Shown: piece by piece, positions 44,921 to 54,742 of the stretch
Position numbering within the stretch: position 1 is the first letter of the stretch
Layout of the letters: the number at the start of each line of letters is the position of its first letter
NCBI GenBank assembly: GCA_028283245.1
Contig: JAPYNU010000046.1
Coordinates: 2,033-66,032, forward strand
Length of the DNA: 64,000 bases
Source: Candidatus Aldehydirespirator catecholifindens
GTDB lineage: Bacteria; Actinomycetota; Acidimicrobiia; Acidimicrobiales; Aldehydirespiratoraceae
Direction of reading: 5' to 3'
Translations under genes and position numbers: made by a program
The notes under the pieces: generated by a model
Told to the model about the DNA's origin: nothing
Seen by the model: only the letters and a program-made list of their open reading frames with translations
The model's database searches: none

Positions 44921-45784
44921 ATGCTGGTATACCTGATTGACGGCACCTACGAACTGTTCCGGTTTCATTACGCCAAATCGAACCGCGACCCTCGCCGCGG
45001 CGCGCAAACGGGTGTGGTCAACTCAATGCTCAACCTCATAGCTGAAGGTGCGACTCATATGGGTGTGGCCACCGACCATGTCATTGAGTCGTTCCGCAAC
45101 GACATGCTTGACAGTTACAAAGACGGCAGCGGTGTGGATCCCGACCTCATGGCGCAGTTTCCCGAGTTGGAGGAGTTACTGACACTGGCCGGGTTCACGG
45201 TGTGGCCTCAGATAAAGCATGAAGCCGACGACGGACTCGCTTCGGCGGCGGCGATGGCGGCCGCTGATCCGAGAGTCAAGCAGGTGCTGATCTGCACACC
45301 CGACAAGGATCTAGCCCAGTGTGTCACAGTCGACAGCCGCATCGTGCAATACGACCGCCGCCAACAGTTGCTTTACGATCACGATGGCGTAATCAAAAAG
45401 TTCGGTGTAGCCCCAGAATCAATCCCCGATTATCTTGCCCTAGTGGGTGACTCCGCCGACGGGATCGCCGGTTTGCCGGGCTGGGGCGCAAAATCCGCAG
45501 CGACTCTGCTGGCTTGCTACAACAAGATCGAAGCCATCCCACTTGATCCCGTAAATTGGAATGTGCCGGTCAGGGGTGCCGCAAAGCTTGCTGCTGCACT
45601 GCGTGACGGGATGCAGGAAGCGCTGCTGTTTCGTCAGGTCGCCACAGTGGCGTTGGATGCTCCAGTGTCAGGCAATGTTGACGAGCTGCAGTGGAATGGT
45701 CCGCAAAAAGGATTTGCTGCGCGCTGCGCCGAACTGCAAGCCAAGCCACTCGCCGAAAAAGCCCACCAACTAGCTGCCCGCTAG
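44921..45784 (+). CDS. 5'-3' exonuclease / flap endonuclease (Pol I N-terminal domain homolog)
   Basis: LIDGTYELFRFHYA, EADDGLASAA acidic site, TPDKDLAQC, and an H3TH region LVGDSADGIAGLPGWGAKSA. Confidence 0.85.
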   Translation: MLVYLIDGTYELFRFHYAKSNRDPRRGAQTGVVNSMLNLIAEGATHMGVATDHVIESFRNDMLDSYKDGSGVDPDLMAQFPELEELLTLAGFTVWPQIKHEADDGLASAAAMAAADPRVKQVLICTPDKDLAQCVTVDSRIVQYDRRQQLLYDHDGVIKKFGVAPESIPDYLALVGDSADGIAGLPGWGAKSAATLLACYNKIEAIPLDPVNWNVPVRGAAKLAAALRDGMQEALLFRQVATVALDAPVSGNVDELQWNGPQKGFAARCAELQAKPLAEKAHQLAAR

Positions 45785-45983
45785 CCCACCAACTTGCCGG
45801 TGGCAAACTTGCGGTCGATGACGGAGAGAAATCTCGGAACTTTCAACGGTCGTGGTGCGTCTTGTATTAGTTGCGGCGGCTAAACCAACAGACCAACACA
45901 ACAGACCATCAACACAAGTGGGTGCTGCACCCACAAGACTGAACATGTGAGTGCAGTGTGTGCGCTCACTCAAGGAGACCCCA

Positions 45984-47309
45984 ATGCCCAAGACATCGCC
46001 ACAGACATCAGCTTCACAGGCACCAAAGCCGCAGATACCAGCGTCGCAACCCCGATCTTCAACAGCAGTGCCGCAAGCAACAGCGATGCCGCAGACCACA
46101 GCGGTGTCGCAAGCAACTGCAGTGTCGCAGACCACAAGGCAGCGCAGGTCAGTTGCCTTGTTAATGACTGCCGTGCTGGCCGCAGCGGCTCTGCTTATAG
46201 CGGCTTGCGGCACCGAAGACGACACCGACAGCGCTGAGGTGCAGACCTCCACAGAAACAACAGCCGCTGCCGACACAACTACCGCCGAAGAGACACCAGC
46301 CGCCGCTGAGACACCATCTGACGGCGTGGCGACATCCGACGACGCAACGACAACACAGGAACTCCCCGCAGGCACTGAATCAGCGAACGCGTCAGCAGAC
46401 GCTGGCAACCCTCAGGGTGCCCTGTTTGATCCTGCCACCGGTGACGCGGCCTCGCTGCTCGCTCTAGCCACCGCACAAACCCAGGGCTCAGTGCGTGGAG
46501 TGGTGAGCCTCGCACAAGGCCCTGGTAGCGAGCTTCCAGCTAATTTCCAAGCTACGGCTGCAGGCGATGTGGCGGCGCGCATGGAGCTCGCTGCAGGAAT
46601 TAATCCAGAGTTTCCCGATGGTGCAGTCGCCGAGATCCGTTATGTAGGCGACTCGGTTTATGTGCGCCCACCGTTGCCGCCCACTGTGGCGGCGCAGTTC
46701 GGTAGCTCTGAGGTTTGGTACAGGTCCGAACCTGGAGGAGATTCTCTGACAGAAGCCTTACCTGCATCTAGTATCACTTGCGTCATTGCGATCGTTGCCG
46801 AAGCAGCGCCTGACGAGTGCGATCCGCTAGGTGAAGTCACCCGGCTCCTTGTTGCAGCATCGCAACCAGAGATTATCGGCCGCGAGGAAATCGGCGGCGT
46901 AGCGTCCAACAAAGTGCGTTTCACGCTGCCTTTCATGGACGCTTTTGACGAAGCCCTCGGTCAGGAAACTGAAGGCATGCCATCTCTACCCGAAGGCGAT
47001 TTCGACACCGGCGGCTCGCAAGGCTTGCCGAGCGATGACTTTGGCAGCGATGGCTTTGGTGGCTTCTTCGACATGCTCGACGCAGGCCTCGAAGTTGATG
47101 CTTGGATCGACGATTTCGGTTTGGTGAGACGTTTGTCCTATGACTTGAACGACATGTTCTCAAACCTCGGCATACCCGAAACTGAGACTGCCGGTTTCGG
47201 CATATCCGCCGAGTTCTTCGACTACGGCGCTGACGACATCAGCGTGACAGCGCCATCTAGCGAACAGCTAGTGGAGCGCGGACGCATGGAAGATTTCTTC
47301 CTCAACTAA
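45984..47309 (+). CDS. Hypothetical lipoprotein
   Basis: AAGGAG lies 6 nt before ATG 45984. There is a basic/Pro-rich N-region, then the lipobox LLIAAC and an acidic Thr-rich linker. No recognisable catalytic motif. Confidence 0.6.
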   Translation: MPKTSPQTSASQAPKPQIPASQPRSSTAVPQATAMPQTTAVSQATAVSQTTRQRRSVALLMTAVLAAAALLIAACGTEDDTDSAEVQTSTETTAAADTTTAEETPAAAETPSDGVATSDDATTTQELPAGTESANASADAGNPQGALFDPATGDAASLLALATAQTQGSVRGVVSLAQGPGSELPANFQATAAGDVAARMELAAGINPEFPDGAVAEIRYVGDSVYVRPPLPPTVAAQFGSSEVWYRSEPGGDSLTEALPASSITCVIAIVAEAAPDECDPLGEVTRLLVAASQPEIIGREEIGGVASNKVRFTLPFMDAFDEALGQETEGMPSLPEGDFDTGGSQGLPSDDFGSDGFGGFFDMLDAGLEVDAWIDDFGLVRRLSYDLNDMFSNLGIPETETAGFGISAEFFDYGADDISVTAPSSEQLVERGRMEDFFLN

Positions 47310-47310
47310 G

Positions 47311-47392
47311 GCTCCCGCACTACGCACTAAGCACCCGCACTACGCACTAAGCACCCGCACTAAGCATTAAGCATTAAGTGCCCGCACTAGCG
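47311..47392. repeat. Degenerate ~20-bp tandem repeat downstream of the lipoprotein gene
   Basis: The sequence runs gctcccgcactacgcactaa, gcacccgcactacgcactaa, gcacccgcactaa, gcattaa, gcattaa, gtgcccgcactag. Confidence 0.85.
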
Positions 47393-47505
47393 GGTTATCT
47401 GATTTGACACCGGCGACTCGCAAGGCTTCGTCAGCGATGACTTCAGCACCCAAAGCCCGCAGCGCCGACAGGCTGAGCCGCGCGCAGCTAACTAACAGCC
47501 AAGAG

Positions 47506-48237
47506 CTACTGGTTGGCTGAGTTGTTGCGCTTGTTGTGCCGTGTCGCGGGCTGTAGGCGTTCGTCGGGGGTGAGCCCTGCCAAAGCCGCCACCGGCGCAG
47601 GTGGTTCGCTGTTGTTCGTCAGATCCGCCGACGCTTGCGGTGTCCCAAAGCGAGTGGTTAAGGGAACCACGCCCGCCCACCACGGCCCAGAAATGTCCTG
47701 AGGCTCATCAACCGGGTCACCGACGCGCACTTTGGCTGATGCCTCAGCTAGTGGCATTTCTAACACCAGCGTTTTGCGCAGATCCGACTGCGACACTTCG
47801 CGACCAGAGTCCCAGTTGGGCACAACATGGTCGGTGATCAGCTTCAAGGCGCGGCGCTTGGCCTGATCACCGTCAATTAGTCGGGCAGGCCCTCGCACCA
47901 CCACCGATCGGTAGTTCATTGAGTTGTGGAAGGGCGTGCGAGCCATCACCAGCCCGTCAAGATGCGTGACCGTGACACACACTTCGCTGTGGTCGCCGCT
48001 TGCGAGCAGGTGATTAGCGGCCGCGCCGTGAAGGTAGAGCCGCTCACCGTCATGTCCGTAAGCCATGGGAAGTACCAGCGGACCGTCGTTGGTGGTTACG
48101 CCTACATGAGCGATCATGCCAGCATCAAGGATGCTGAGAATCTCCTGAGGGTCGTATTGAGCTCGGTCGGCACCTCGCCGCACCCGGGTGCGTGCCGATG
48201 CTGCACCACCGAAGTCGTTGGAGCCTCGAACGTTCAT
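47506..48237 (-). CDS. Pyridoxamine 5'-phosphate oxidase family flavin-binding protein
   Basis: [41 protein letters not shown] is typical of the PNPOx-like split-barrel family. The start is ATG 48237 or 48276. Confidence 0.65.
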   Translation of the reverse strand: MNVRGSNDFGGAASARTRVRRGADRAQYDPQEILSILDAGMIAHVGVTTNDGPLVLPMAYGHDGERLYLHGAAANHLLASGDHSEVCVTVTHLDGLVMARTPFHNSMNYRSVVVRGPARLIDGDQAKRRALKLITDHVVPNWDSGREVSQSDLRKTLVLEMPLAEASAKVRVGDPVDEPQDISGPWWAGVVPLTTRFGTPQASADLTNNSEPPAPVAALAGLTPDERLQPATRHNKRNNSANQ

Positions 48238-48252
48238 CGCCAAATGATACGG

Positions 48253-48400
48253 CCCCGCAGCGAACCGGTGTCTCACCGAACCAGCGCCAGCCCCGCAGCG
48301 AACCGGTGTCTCACCGAACCAGCGACCACACCTCAGCGAACCGATGTCTCACCGAACCGGTGTCTCACCGAACCAGCGCCAGCCCCGCAGCGAACCGGTG
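48253..48400. repeat. Tandem repeat array (~38-42-bp units, core cgaaccggtgtctcaccgaacc x4) in a divergent promoter region
   Basis: The unit ccccgcagcgaaccggtgtctcaccgaaccagcgccag recurs with variants. Absence of stop codons in this array creates the artificial N-terminal extension of the listed ORF 48192. Confidence 0.88.
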
Positions 48401-48443
48401 CTTTCGTAGCGGGGTAGGCTCGCAGGCCGTGGCGGATGCCTCA

Positions 48444-49985
48444 ATGCAGCACAAACTCCAAGATCTGCGCGAACGCAAGTCTGAGGCTCTGTCGGCTGGT
48501 GCCGAACGCGCCGTGCAGCGTCAGCATGAGAAAGGCAAACTGCTAGCCCGCGAGCGCCTCGACTACCTACTCGACGAGGGCTCATTCCACGAACTCGACA
48601 TGCTGGCACGCCACCGGGCTCACGACGCCGGACTCGATGGCCGTCCCTACACCGACGGGGTGGTCACCGGCTGGGGCACCGTCGACGGACGCAAAGTCTT
48701 CGTGTTCTCGCAGGATTTCACGGTCATGGGAGGCGCTTTGGGCGAAGTTTTCGCCGAGAAGCTTCACAAGGTTATGGATCTTGCGGTGTCGGTCGGGGCA
48801 CCTGTTGTTGGGCTCAACGATGGTGCCGGTGCCCGCATCCAGGAAGGTGTGGTATCGCTTGATGGCTACGGCGGGATCTTCTACCGCAACGTGCAAGCGT
48901 CAGGAGTTATACCTCAGATCAGTGTGATCTTGGGACCCTGCGCCGGGGGAGCGGTTTATAGCCCGGCCATGACCGACTTCATTTTTATGGTGCGCGAAAA
49001 GTCGCATATGTTCATCACCGGGCCTGATGTGGTGAAAACCGTTACCGGCGAAGAAGTGACACTCGAAGACCTAGGCGGTGCCACCAGCCACAGCACCAAG
49101 TCGGGTGTCGCCCATTTTGTGTGCAACGACGAATACGAAGTGCTTGACGAGGTCAAGACACTGCTGTCGTTTCTGCCTGCCAACAATCTTGAGCAGCCCC
49201 CGGTTTACAAGTCGGCCGACGACCCGCAGCGTTTATGCGAAGCTCTTGACACGCTGCTGCCTGACAGCGCCAACGTGCCTTACGACATGAAGCATGTGAT
49301 CAACGAAATAGTAGATGACGGCGATTTCGTGGAATACCACGCAGCCTGGGCTCGCAGCATCGTCTGCGGTTTCGCACGAATCGACGGACGTTCCGTCGGG
49401 ATAGTGGGCAACCAGCCGCTGATACTGGCCGGAGTTCTTGATATTGAATCGGCTGAGAAAGCCGCCCGTTTCGTGCGCACCTGCGACGCTTTCAACATTC
49501 CGCTGCTCACCTTCGTTGACGTTCCCGGGTTCTTGCCCGGTGTTGATCAGGAGCACGGCGGCATCATCCGCCACGGTGCCAAACTGCTTTATGCCTATTG
49601 TGAGGCTTCGGTGCCTCGCATTTCGGTGATTACCCGCAAGGCCTACGGAGGCGCATACGTGGTCATGGATTCCAAAGGCGTGGGATCGGACTTGTCATTC
49701 GCTTGGCCTTCCGCTGAGATCGCAGTAATGGGTCCTCAAGGCGCAGTGGAGATCATTCACCGTCGTGAACTTGCCGAAGCAGCCGACCCGGCGGCGCGTC
49801 GCAACGAGCTAGTGGATGACTACACGAAACGTCTTGCTAACCCTTATGTGGCAGCCGAGCGCGGTTTCGTTGATGAGGTGATCGAACCTTCACAGACTCG
49901 ACAAAAAGTGGTTGCAGGTTTGCGGATGCTGGAATCCAAACGCGAAGAACTACCCGAACGCAAACACGGCAACGTTCCGCTGTGA
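48444..49985 (+). CDS. Acyl-CoA carboxylase carboxyltransferase beta subunit (propionyl-CoA carboxylase PccB/AccD5-like)
   Basis: [15 protein letters not shown]...[27 protein letters not shown]-terminus, [21 protein letters not shown] and AYGGAYVVM motifs. Confidence 0.9.
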   Translation: MQHKLQDLRERKSEALSAGAERAVQRQHEKGKLLARERLDYLLDEGSFHELDMLARHRAHDAGLDGRPYTDGVVTGWGTVDGRKVFVFSQDFTVMGGALGEVFAEKLHKVMDLAVSVGAPVVGLNDGAGARIQEGVVSLDGYGGIFYRNVQASGVIPQISVILGPCAGGAVYSPAMTDFIFMVREKSHMFITGPDVVKTVTGEEVTLEDLGGATSHSTKSGVAHFVCNDEYEVLDEVKTLLSFLPANNLEQPPVYKSADDPQRLCEALDTLLPDSANVPYDMKHVINEIVDDGDFVEYHAAWARSIVCGFARIDGRSVGIVGNQPLILAGVLDIESAEKAARFVRTCDAFNIPLLTFVDVPGFLPGVDQEHGGIIRHGAKLLYAYCEASVPRISVITRKAYGGAYVVMDSKGVGSDLSFAWPSAEIAVMGPQGAVEIIHRRELAEAADPAARRNELVDDYTKRLANPYVAAERGFVDEVIEPSQTRQKVVAGLRMLESKREELPERKHGNVPL

Positions 49986-50010
49986 CTCCTTGTTCCGCTG
50001 TGATTTCGCT

Positions 50011-50241
50011 GTGACTCCTCCGCAGGCTGCGGCCAGCACCGAAGCTGGCTTCTTTGAAGTTTTGTCGATCACGCCCGAACCAACCGCGCACGAACGCGCT
50101 GCCATCATCAAAGCAGTCGCAAGCCTCCAAGCTCAGCTCTGGCCACAGCCTGACGCGTCAGCTAGGCCAGAGTCGTCACCACGTTGGCGGTATGCGGGTC
50201 GTCGCTGGCAGCGCCGCAGCAGCTACGGCGGCTGGGCCTGA
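50011..50241 (+). CDS. Acyl-CoA carboxylase epsilon subunit
   Basis: Small ORF directly after the beta subunit gene. FEVLSITPEPTAHERAAIIKAV ... SPRWRYAGRRW is the typical AccE pattern. GTG start at 50011. Confidence 0.6.
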   Translation: MTPPQAAASTEAGFFEVLSITPEPTAHERAAIIKAVASLQAQLWPQPDASARPESSPRWRYAGRRWQRRSSYGGWA

Positions 50242-50271
50242 AAGTGCCGTCACAGATCTACAGACGCAACA

Positions 50272-50823
50272 GTGCCGCCGCCAAAAAAGTTTCTGCATGA
50301 AGTGCAGCAACACTGCGACCGGTTGGCTGCCGAGACACAAGGCCGCACCTATCGAGTTCCAGCCGATACGCCTTTGGCGGCGCTGGCTCAAGAGTTGCGT
50401 GACGGTGCCTGCTATCAGACGATCCTGTCTTTTGCGTCTACCCCTGCGCTACACGCACCTGACGACTCTGCACCTGAAGACTCCGTGCCTGATGACTCTG
50501 CGCTTGACGGCTCTGTGTCTGAAGGCCCCGCGCTTGACGACTATGTTGCCGCGCTCAAGAAGATCTTGACAACAGACGGTTGGATATTCATGGTCGAGCC
50601 GACCCGGCCCGCTGGAGGGCCAACACTGCGATCAAAGCTCGGATCAAGGTTCGGCCGGTGTGCTAACGACCCAGATCTGGTGACGGCGCTGCGTTGTGGC
50701 GGATTGTTCGTGACCGATGTGCAGCGGCTCACTGTGCAGGGGGTGCCAAGGCGCTGGCATCACTATGTAGTGCTAAAGGCTCGCCGTCACACGCCTCCGC
50801 CACAAGATCAGCACACCCGCTGA
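50272..50823 (+). CDS. Hypothetical protein (weak resemblance to the C-terminal half of a class I methyltransferase)
   Basis: 183-aa ORF. The LKKILTTDGWIFMVEP and GGLFVTDVQ segments are methyltransferase-like. No SAM GxGxG motif was seen. Confidence 0.35.
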   Translation: MPPPKKFLHEVQQHCDRLAAETQGRTYRVPADTPLAALAQELRDGACYQTILSFASTPALHAPDDSAPEDSVPDDSALDGSVSEGPALDDYVAALKKILTTDGWIFMVEPTRPAGGPTLRSKLGSRFGRCANDPDLVTALRCGGLFVTDVQRLTVQGVPRRWHHYVVLKARRHTPPPQDQHTR

Positions 50824-50894
50824 GAGGCCAAGCGCACCCCCTAAGCGCAAAAGCCCGAAGCGACGCAGAGACAGGGTCTGCCCTGAGGCTGTGG

Positions 50895-51914
50895 TCAGAG
50901 TTTTTCTATGGTCACCGAGCGAACGGCCACATCACGCGACGGTGCCCCACCGAGGGCACCTCCCGGTTCGTGAAGGCCGATGATCGACTGCGCCACGGCC
51001 AGCCCTGCTTCGTTGGTGTTACCGAACACCACGTAAGTGCCTTGACTGTCAAGCAGCGAAGTGTTGGGTCCAGTGGTCAAGAAGAACTGCGCCCCAGCAG
51101 AGTTCTCGCCAGCCGATCTGGCCATCACTAGCTGGCCGGGCTGATAACGGTGAGGGCCGGTTAGCGCTCCAGTTGCTGGATCAACCTCGAATGTGGGTTC
51201 GTCGGGGATCGTGTAGCCGGGCCCTGGATCAGAAGCGCTGTTGGTGTGAGGTGAGCCGCCCTGGATAATGTCGATCGACGGATCGGTGCGGAACAACAGC
51301 GTGTCGTCGTAGTAGCCCCAGCGTGCCAGCGTCACGAAGTTGTTGACGGTCAGAGGGGTTTCTTCGGCGGTCAACTCAAAGCGCATCTCGCCTTCGCTGG
51401 TGTCAAAGACGGCCACATAGCGAGCCTCAGGGTTGATGCACATCGGCTGCGGAGAGTCGAAGTCAATGACGCGAGGCCCAGATCCATCGGTCGCGGGGCA
51501 GTCTGGGTTGGATGGCTCCGCTAGCTCAGCGGTGTCATCAACCTGTTCAACCTGCTCAACCTCATCAACAGCTTCCAGCTCTTGGATGTCTTCAGCGGTT
51601 GATTGCCCCGCGTCTGCATCGGTCTCGTCGCCGTCAGCAGAGTTGCCGTCGCCGTCAGCAGAGTCGCCGCTTGTCTGGCCGTCTGTGTCGTCAACCTGTT
51701 CAACCTGTTCAACCTGTTCAAAAGCGTCCGTATCGGGTTCGTCATCGTCGCGTTGCAGCAGCCAGATGCCAGCGATGACAACCACTGTCGCTACCGCAGC
51801 AATGCCGCCCAGCCTGATGCGCCTGCGGGTAGCACGACGTTTGGCTGCTGCCTGATCCGCGGCTAGGCGCAGTTGCCGGTTCTGGCGTTGGCGTTCACGC
51901 TTGGCGGTGCTCAT
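50895..51914 (-). CDS. Membrane-anchored cyclophilin-type peptidyl-prolyl cis-trans isomerase
   Basis: N-terminal basic region plus a TM segment, an acidic repeat linker (EQVEQVEQVDDTD twice), and a cyclophilin core NNFVTLARWGYYDD, MARSAGENSAGAQFFLTTG, YVVFGNT. Confidence 0.85.
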   Translation of the reverse strand: MSTAKRERQRQNRQLRLAADQAAAKRRATRRRIRLGGIAAVATVVVIAGIWLLQRDDDEPDTDAFEQVEQVEQVDDTDGQTSGDSADGDGNSADGDETDADAGQSTAEDIQELEAVDEVEQVEQVDDTAELAEPSNPDCPATDGSGPRVIDFDSPQPMCINPEARYVAVFDTSEGEMRFELTAEETPLTVNNFVTLARWGYYDDTLLFRTDPSIDIIQGGSPHTNSASDPGPGYTIPDEPTFEVDPATGALTGPHRYQPGQLVMARSAGENSAGAQFFLTTGPNTSLLDSQGTYVVFGNTNEAGLAVAQSIIGLHEPGGALGGAPSRDVAVRSVTIEKL

Positions 51915-51989
51915 TGCTTGCGCTTTCGTGTTCGAGTGCTCGTGTTCAAGTGCTTGAGTGTTCGAGTGTTCGAGTGTTCGGAGGGCCTG

Positions 51990-52163
51990 CTAAGCGATCA
52001 GGCCCACAGCCAAAGAAGCCACCATCATCGTCACCACCACCACGGCGATCACCGCAAAAATCAGGCGTTGCCGGTCTCGTCGAGAAGAGAGCCGTGGCCT
52101 GATTGCAGTCAATGTTTTAGCGTCGCGTATACGCCGTTTGCGCAACTCACTCTGGGAAGGCAT
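51990..52163 (-). CDS. Possible small single-TM membrane protein
   Basis: MPSQSELRKRRIRD... basic N-terminus followed by LIFAVIAVVVVTMMVASLAVGLIA. There is no family assignment. Confidence 0.3.
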   Translation of the reverse strand: MPSQSELRKRRIRDAKTLTAIRPRLSSRRDRQRLIFAVIAVVVVTMMVASLAVGLIA

Positions 52164-52206
52164 CGCCCAACAATACAACCCTTCGTCAGTTCAGGGTTGT
52201 CTCGGG

Positions 52207-53040
52207 TCAGGATTCTTCGCAGCCTGTGACCTGCATTACTTGTGGCAACCGACCCGACTTGAACGAGCGCACCAAGCCGTTAGCAATGTTGAACACCACC
52301 CGATAGTTGCGGTCGCCTGGATCGTTGGGCACAAAAATCAGGTCGACGGTGCCATCCACGCGCACTTCACGTTCGATGCTGTCGCCGAACAGGTCAATGA
52401 TCAAAGTCTCCGATGATCCGATTCCCACCCCAGATCGTGTGGTGATCAGCCCACTGTTGATGTCGACACGTTCGATAGTGCCCTGATGCACAAGAAACAC
52501 GATGCCTTCAGGCGCGTCGTGAGGCACGACGTGATAGCAGTTACCTCTTGGCCCTGCAGGCACCAGCGCTGTGCCAGCGGCTTGTTGAGCCTGGTTGACG
52601 GTCATGCCGAAGGTCACGCTGTCAAGCCCCACAGTGGAGATAGTCGACTCATTGTTCAGTGTTGGCGGCCCGAACTGCTCAGGGTTCTCTGGCGGCAAGG
52701 TCGTGACCGTGGTTGTGGTGATACCAACGGTGGTGGTAGTGACGGGCGTCGTGGTGGTTGTGGTGCTGCCCGTGGTGGTGACCCGCGGCGAGGCAGTCGT
52801 TGTGGTGTCGGCGCTAGCACCGGTTTCGGTGCTTGTGCTTGGAGTCTCGTCGCTGGCGGCGTCTTGATCGTCAGAGTCGCCTCCGAGCCACCAGATCAAG
52901 CCGCTTATGATCAAGCCCACTGCTGCCAGAGCTATAACAATCGGCACCCATCTGGGCCTGCGTGCAGGTTCATCGCCAGGCCAGAACTGGCTTTGATCCT
53001 CAGTTTCTGGGTTCCAATCCATATCAACGAGATTAGCCAC
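52207..53040 (-). CDS. Hypothetical membrane-anchored protein with Thr-rich linker
   Basis: TM segment WVPIVIALAAVGLIISGLIWWL, then a T-rich linker and a ~150-aa C-terminal domain of unknown function. Confidence 0.55.
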   Translation of the reverse strand: MANLVDMDWNPETEDQSQFWPGDEPARRPRWVPIVIALAAVGLIISGLIWWLGGDSDDQDAASDETPSTSTETGASADTTTTASPRVTTTGSTTTTTTPVTTTTVGITTTTVTTLPPENPEQFGPPTLNNESTISTVGLDSVTFGMTVNQAQQAAGTALVPAGPRGNCYHVVPHDAPEGIVFLVHQGTIERVDINSGLITTRSGVGIGSSETLIIDLFGDSIEREVRVDGTVDLIFVPNDPGDRNYRVVFNIANGLVRSFKSGRLPQVMQVTGCEES

Positions 53041-53142
53041 TCACCAGCAAAGTTCAGTGTATTTTCTCTATGAGATTGGTTTTGGCGTAATGGTTGTCGA
53101 TAAGACCATGGCAGTCGGTAGCTTTGTGATGGGAGGTGCGGG

Positions 53143-53388
53143 ATGAACAGGCGCTTAACCGCTATTGTCGAATGCGAGGGTGACGGCTATGTCGCATTTT
53201 GCCCAGAGGTTGATGTTGCGAGTCAGGGAGCAACTGTCTCTGAAGCACGAGAGAACCTCGCCGAAGCTCTCATATTGTTCTTCGAGACTGCCTCTGTAGA
53301 AGAAGTTGAGCGTCGCCTGCAATTGGTGGGCCGCCCGGGGCTCGAACCCGGCACCTTGAGATTAAAAGTCTCCTGCTCTACCCGATGA
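53143..53388 (+). CDS. HicB-like antitoxin-fold ORF whose 3' end is read antisense through tRNA-Lys
   Basis: RLTAIVECEGDGYVAFCPEVDVASQGATVSEARENLAEALILFFE matches the HicB/UPF0150 pattern. The last ~21 codons overlap the tRNA-Lys gene on the opposite strand. No hicA partner was seen. Confidence 0.5.
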   Translation: MNRRLTAIVECEGDGYVAFCPEVDVASQGATVSEARENLAEALILFFETASVEEVERRLQLVGRPGLEPGTLRLKVSCSTR

Positions 53389-53399
53389 GCTAGCGGCCC
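53324..53399 (-). tRNA. tRNA-Lys (anticodon TTT), CCA encoded
   Basis: Reverse complement: GGGCCGCTAGCTCATCGGGTAGAGCAGGAGACTTTTAATCTCAAGGTGCCGGGTTCGAGCCCCGGGCGGCCCACCA. Anticodon loop is CTTTTAA. Confidence 0.9.
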
Positions 53400-53498
53400 A
53401 GCACTATTGTGGCAGCGGACAGGCCAATAAGACACCAAGGTCTGTTTTTCTATGGCGGGTTTAAGAGGGATTTGCTGGCGAGCCTTGTTGTCTTGGGG

Positions 53499-53861
53499 TT
53501 ATGCCGTGTGGCGGTGAGCTTCGAGATCTTCAAGGTTCGCCCACTCCAGAGTTCTGGCGTGTGTCGCCTCTAGCACCACTTTGGGCGCTACTTTGGCCTC
53601 AAGCGCTTCGGTCCAACGAGACGCGCACAAGCACCACTGATCTCCCGGCTTCAAACCTTCGAAACCAATAGCCGTCTGCGGAGTTGACAGATCGTTACCT
53701 GCTGCTTTGGAGAATTCGAGGAACTCTGCGGTCATGACCGCGCAGACAGTGTGGACACCGTGGTCGCCGGAGTCGGTGTTGCAGCAGCCATCACGGAACC
53801 AGCCGGTAAGTGGATCAAACGAGCATGACTGCAACTCGCCGCCCAGAACGTTCAAAGCCAT
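53499..53861 (-). CDS. DUF2237-family protein
   Basis: NVLGGELQSCSFDPLTGWFRDGCCNT...HTVCAVMTAEFLEFSK...GDQWCLCASRW is the characteristic Cys pattern. Confidence 0.75.
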   Translation of the reverse strand: MALNVLGGELQSCSFDPLTGWFRDGCCNTDSGDHGVHTVCAVMTAEFLEFSKAAGNDLSTPQTAIGFEGLKPGDQWCLCASRWTEALEAKVAPKVVLEATHARTLEWANLEDLEAHRHTA

Positions 53862-53942
53862 GCCGGACAGTCTCGCAGATAATTAGGCGTTACGCGACAC
53901 GGTCTCACCGATTGCGTGGTCGGGCGCGGTTAGGGTCACTGT

Positions 53943-54164
53943 ATGACTGATACCGATTCGATCCCGTTAACCGTTGCCCACAACATTGTCGCTCAAGACG
54001 AGCCGCAGAAGTTTGGCCTCGAGTCTGACAGCAGTGGCGCAGATGATCCTGAGAGCGATCTTGATATTGAAAACGATCTCAATACTGTTGATGAAGCGCT
54101 GCAAGCTCTTGACTCTGAGGATCTGGAATCTGCCGAGTTGCTAGCAGCCCAACTCCGAGACTGA
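53943..54164 (+). CDS. Small acidic hypothetical protein
   Basis: 73-aa ORF, strongly Asp/Glu-rich, with no recognisable motif. Confidence 0.35.
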   Translation: MTDTDSIPLTVAHNIVAQDEPQKFGLESDSSGADDPESDLDIENDLNTVDEALQALDSEDLESAELLAAQLRD

Positions 54165-54166
54165 GT

Positions 54167-54742
54167 TCAGCTGGCGAGAGTGTCAGGTGTCGCCGCTGGG
54201 CTACGTCCGAGATCAGCCAGAGCCAGCAGGTACCCCTCGGCTCGTTCAGCGTTGGGGTTGCGGTTGACGATGGCATGAAACTCTGGTGAGTGGTCAGGCA
54301 CCAGCAGATGCGCTAGTTCGTGGATGATCACATGGTCAAGCACCCATGGAGGTGTTTCGGCTAGGCGTGTTGAGATGCGGATGTCGGCCTTTCCAGGGGT
54401 GCAGGAACCCCAGCGATGCTGCTGACGCGACGACCATCGGATAGAGCGAGGCTCGGGCAGCCCGAAGCGAGCCGCCAACTCTTTTGCTCTGGGTTCCAGC
54501 GCTAGCTGCCCGCAGCGTTTTGTTTCTTCCCAGCGACCCACGACCTTGCCCACCAAACTGTCCTCTTCGTCTTGGGTCATCCAAGCCGGAACCCGCACCA
54601 CCAGCACGCCATCGATCATCCGTGCCGATGCCGTCTTGTGGCGTTTGGTGCTGCGGATCACGCGTACTTTTGTTGTGCTCAGCGGCACAACTTCGTCTAT
54701 GGAACCCGCGAAGCCGTCAAGCGGTGTCTCTGTAATGCTCAC
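54167..54742 (-). CDS. YgjP/DUF45 (SprT-like, M48-related) zinc metallohydrolase
   Basis: WGSCTPGKADIRIS and VIIHELAHLLVPDHSPEF (HExxH) motifs. Confidence 0.8.
   Translation of the reverse strand: MSITETPLDGFAGSIDEVVPLSTTKVRVIRSTKRHKTASARMIDGVLVVRVPAWMTQDEEDSLVGKVVGRWEETKRCGQLALEPRAKELAARFGLPEPRSIRWSSRQQHRWGSCTPGKADIRISTRLAETPPWVLDHVIIHELAHLLVPDHSPEFHAIVNRNPNAERAEGYLLALADLGRSPAATPDTLAS

Noticed and set aside
45770-46408. 212-aa minus-strand ORF overlapping the lipoprotein gene
   Set aside because: It is a low-complexity Ala/Val/Ser shadow frame. The plus-strand gene has a strong SD, an ATG and a lipobox.
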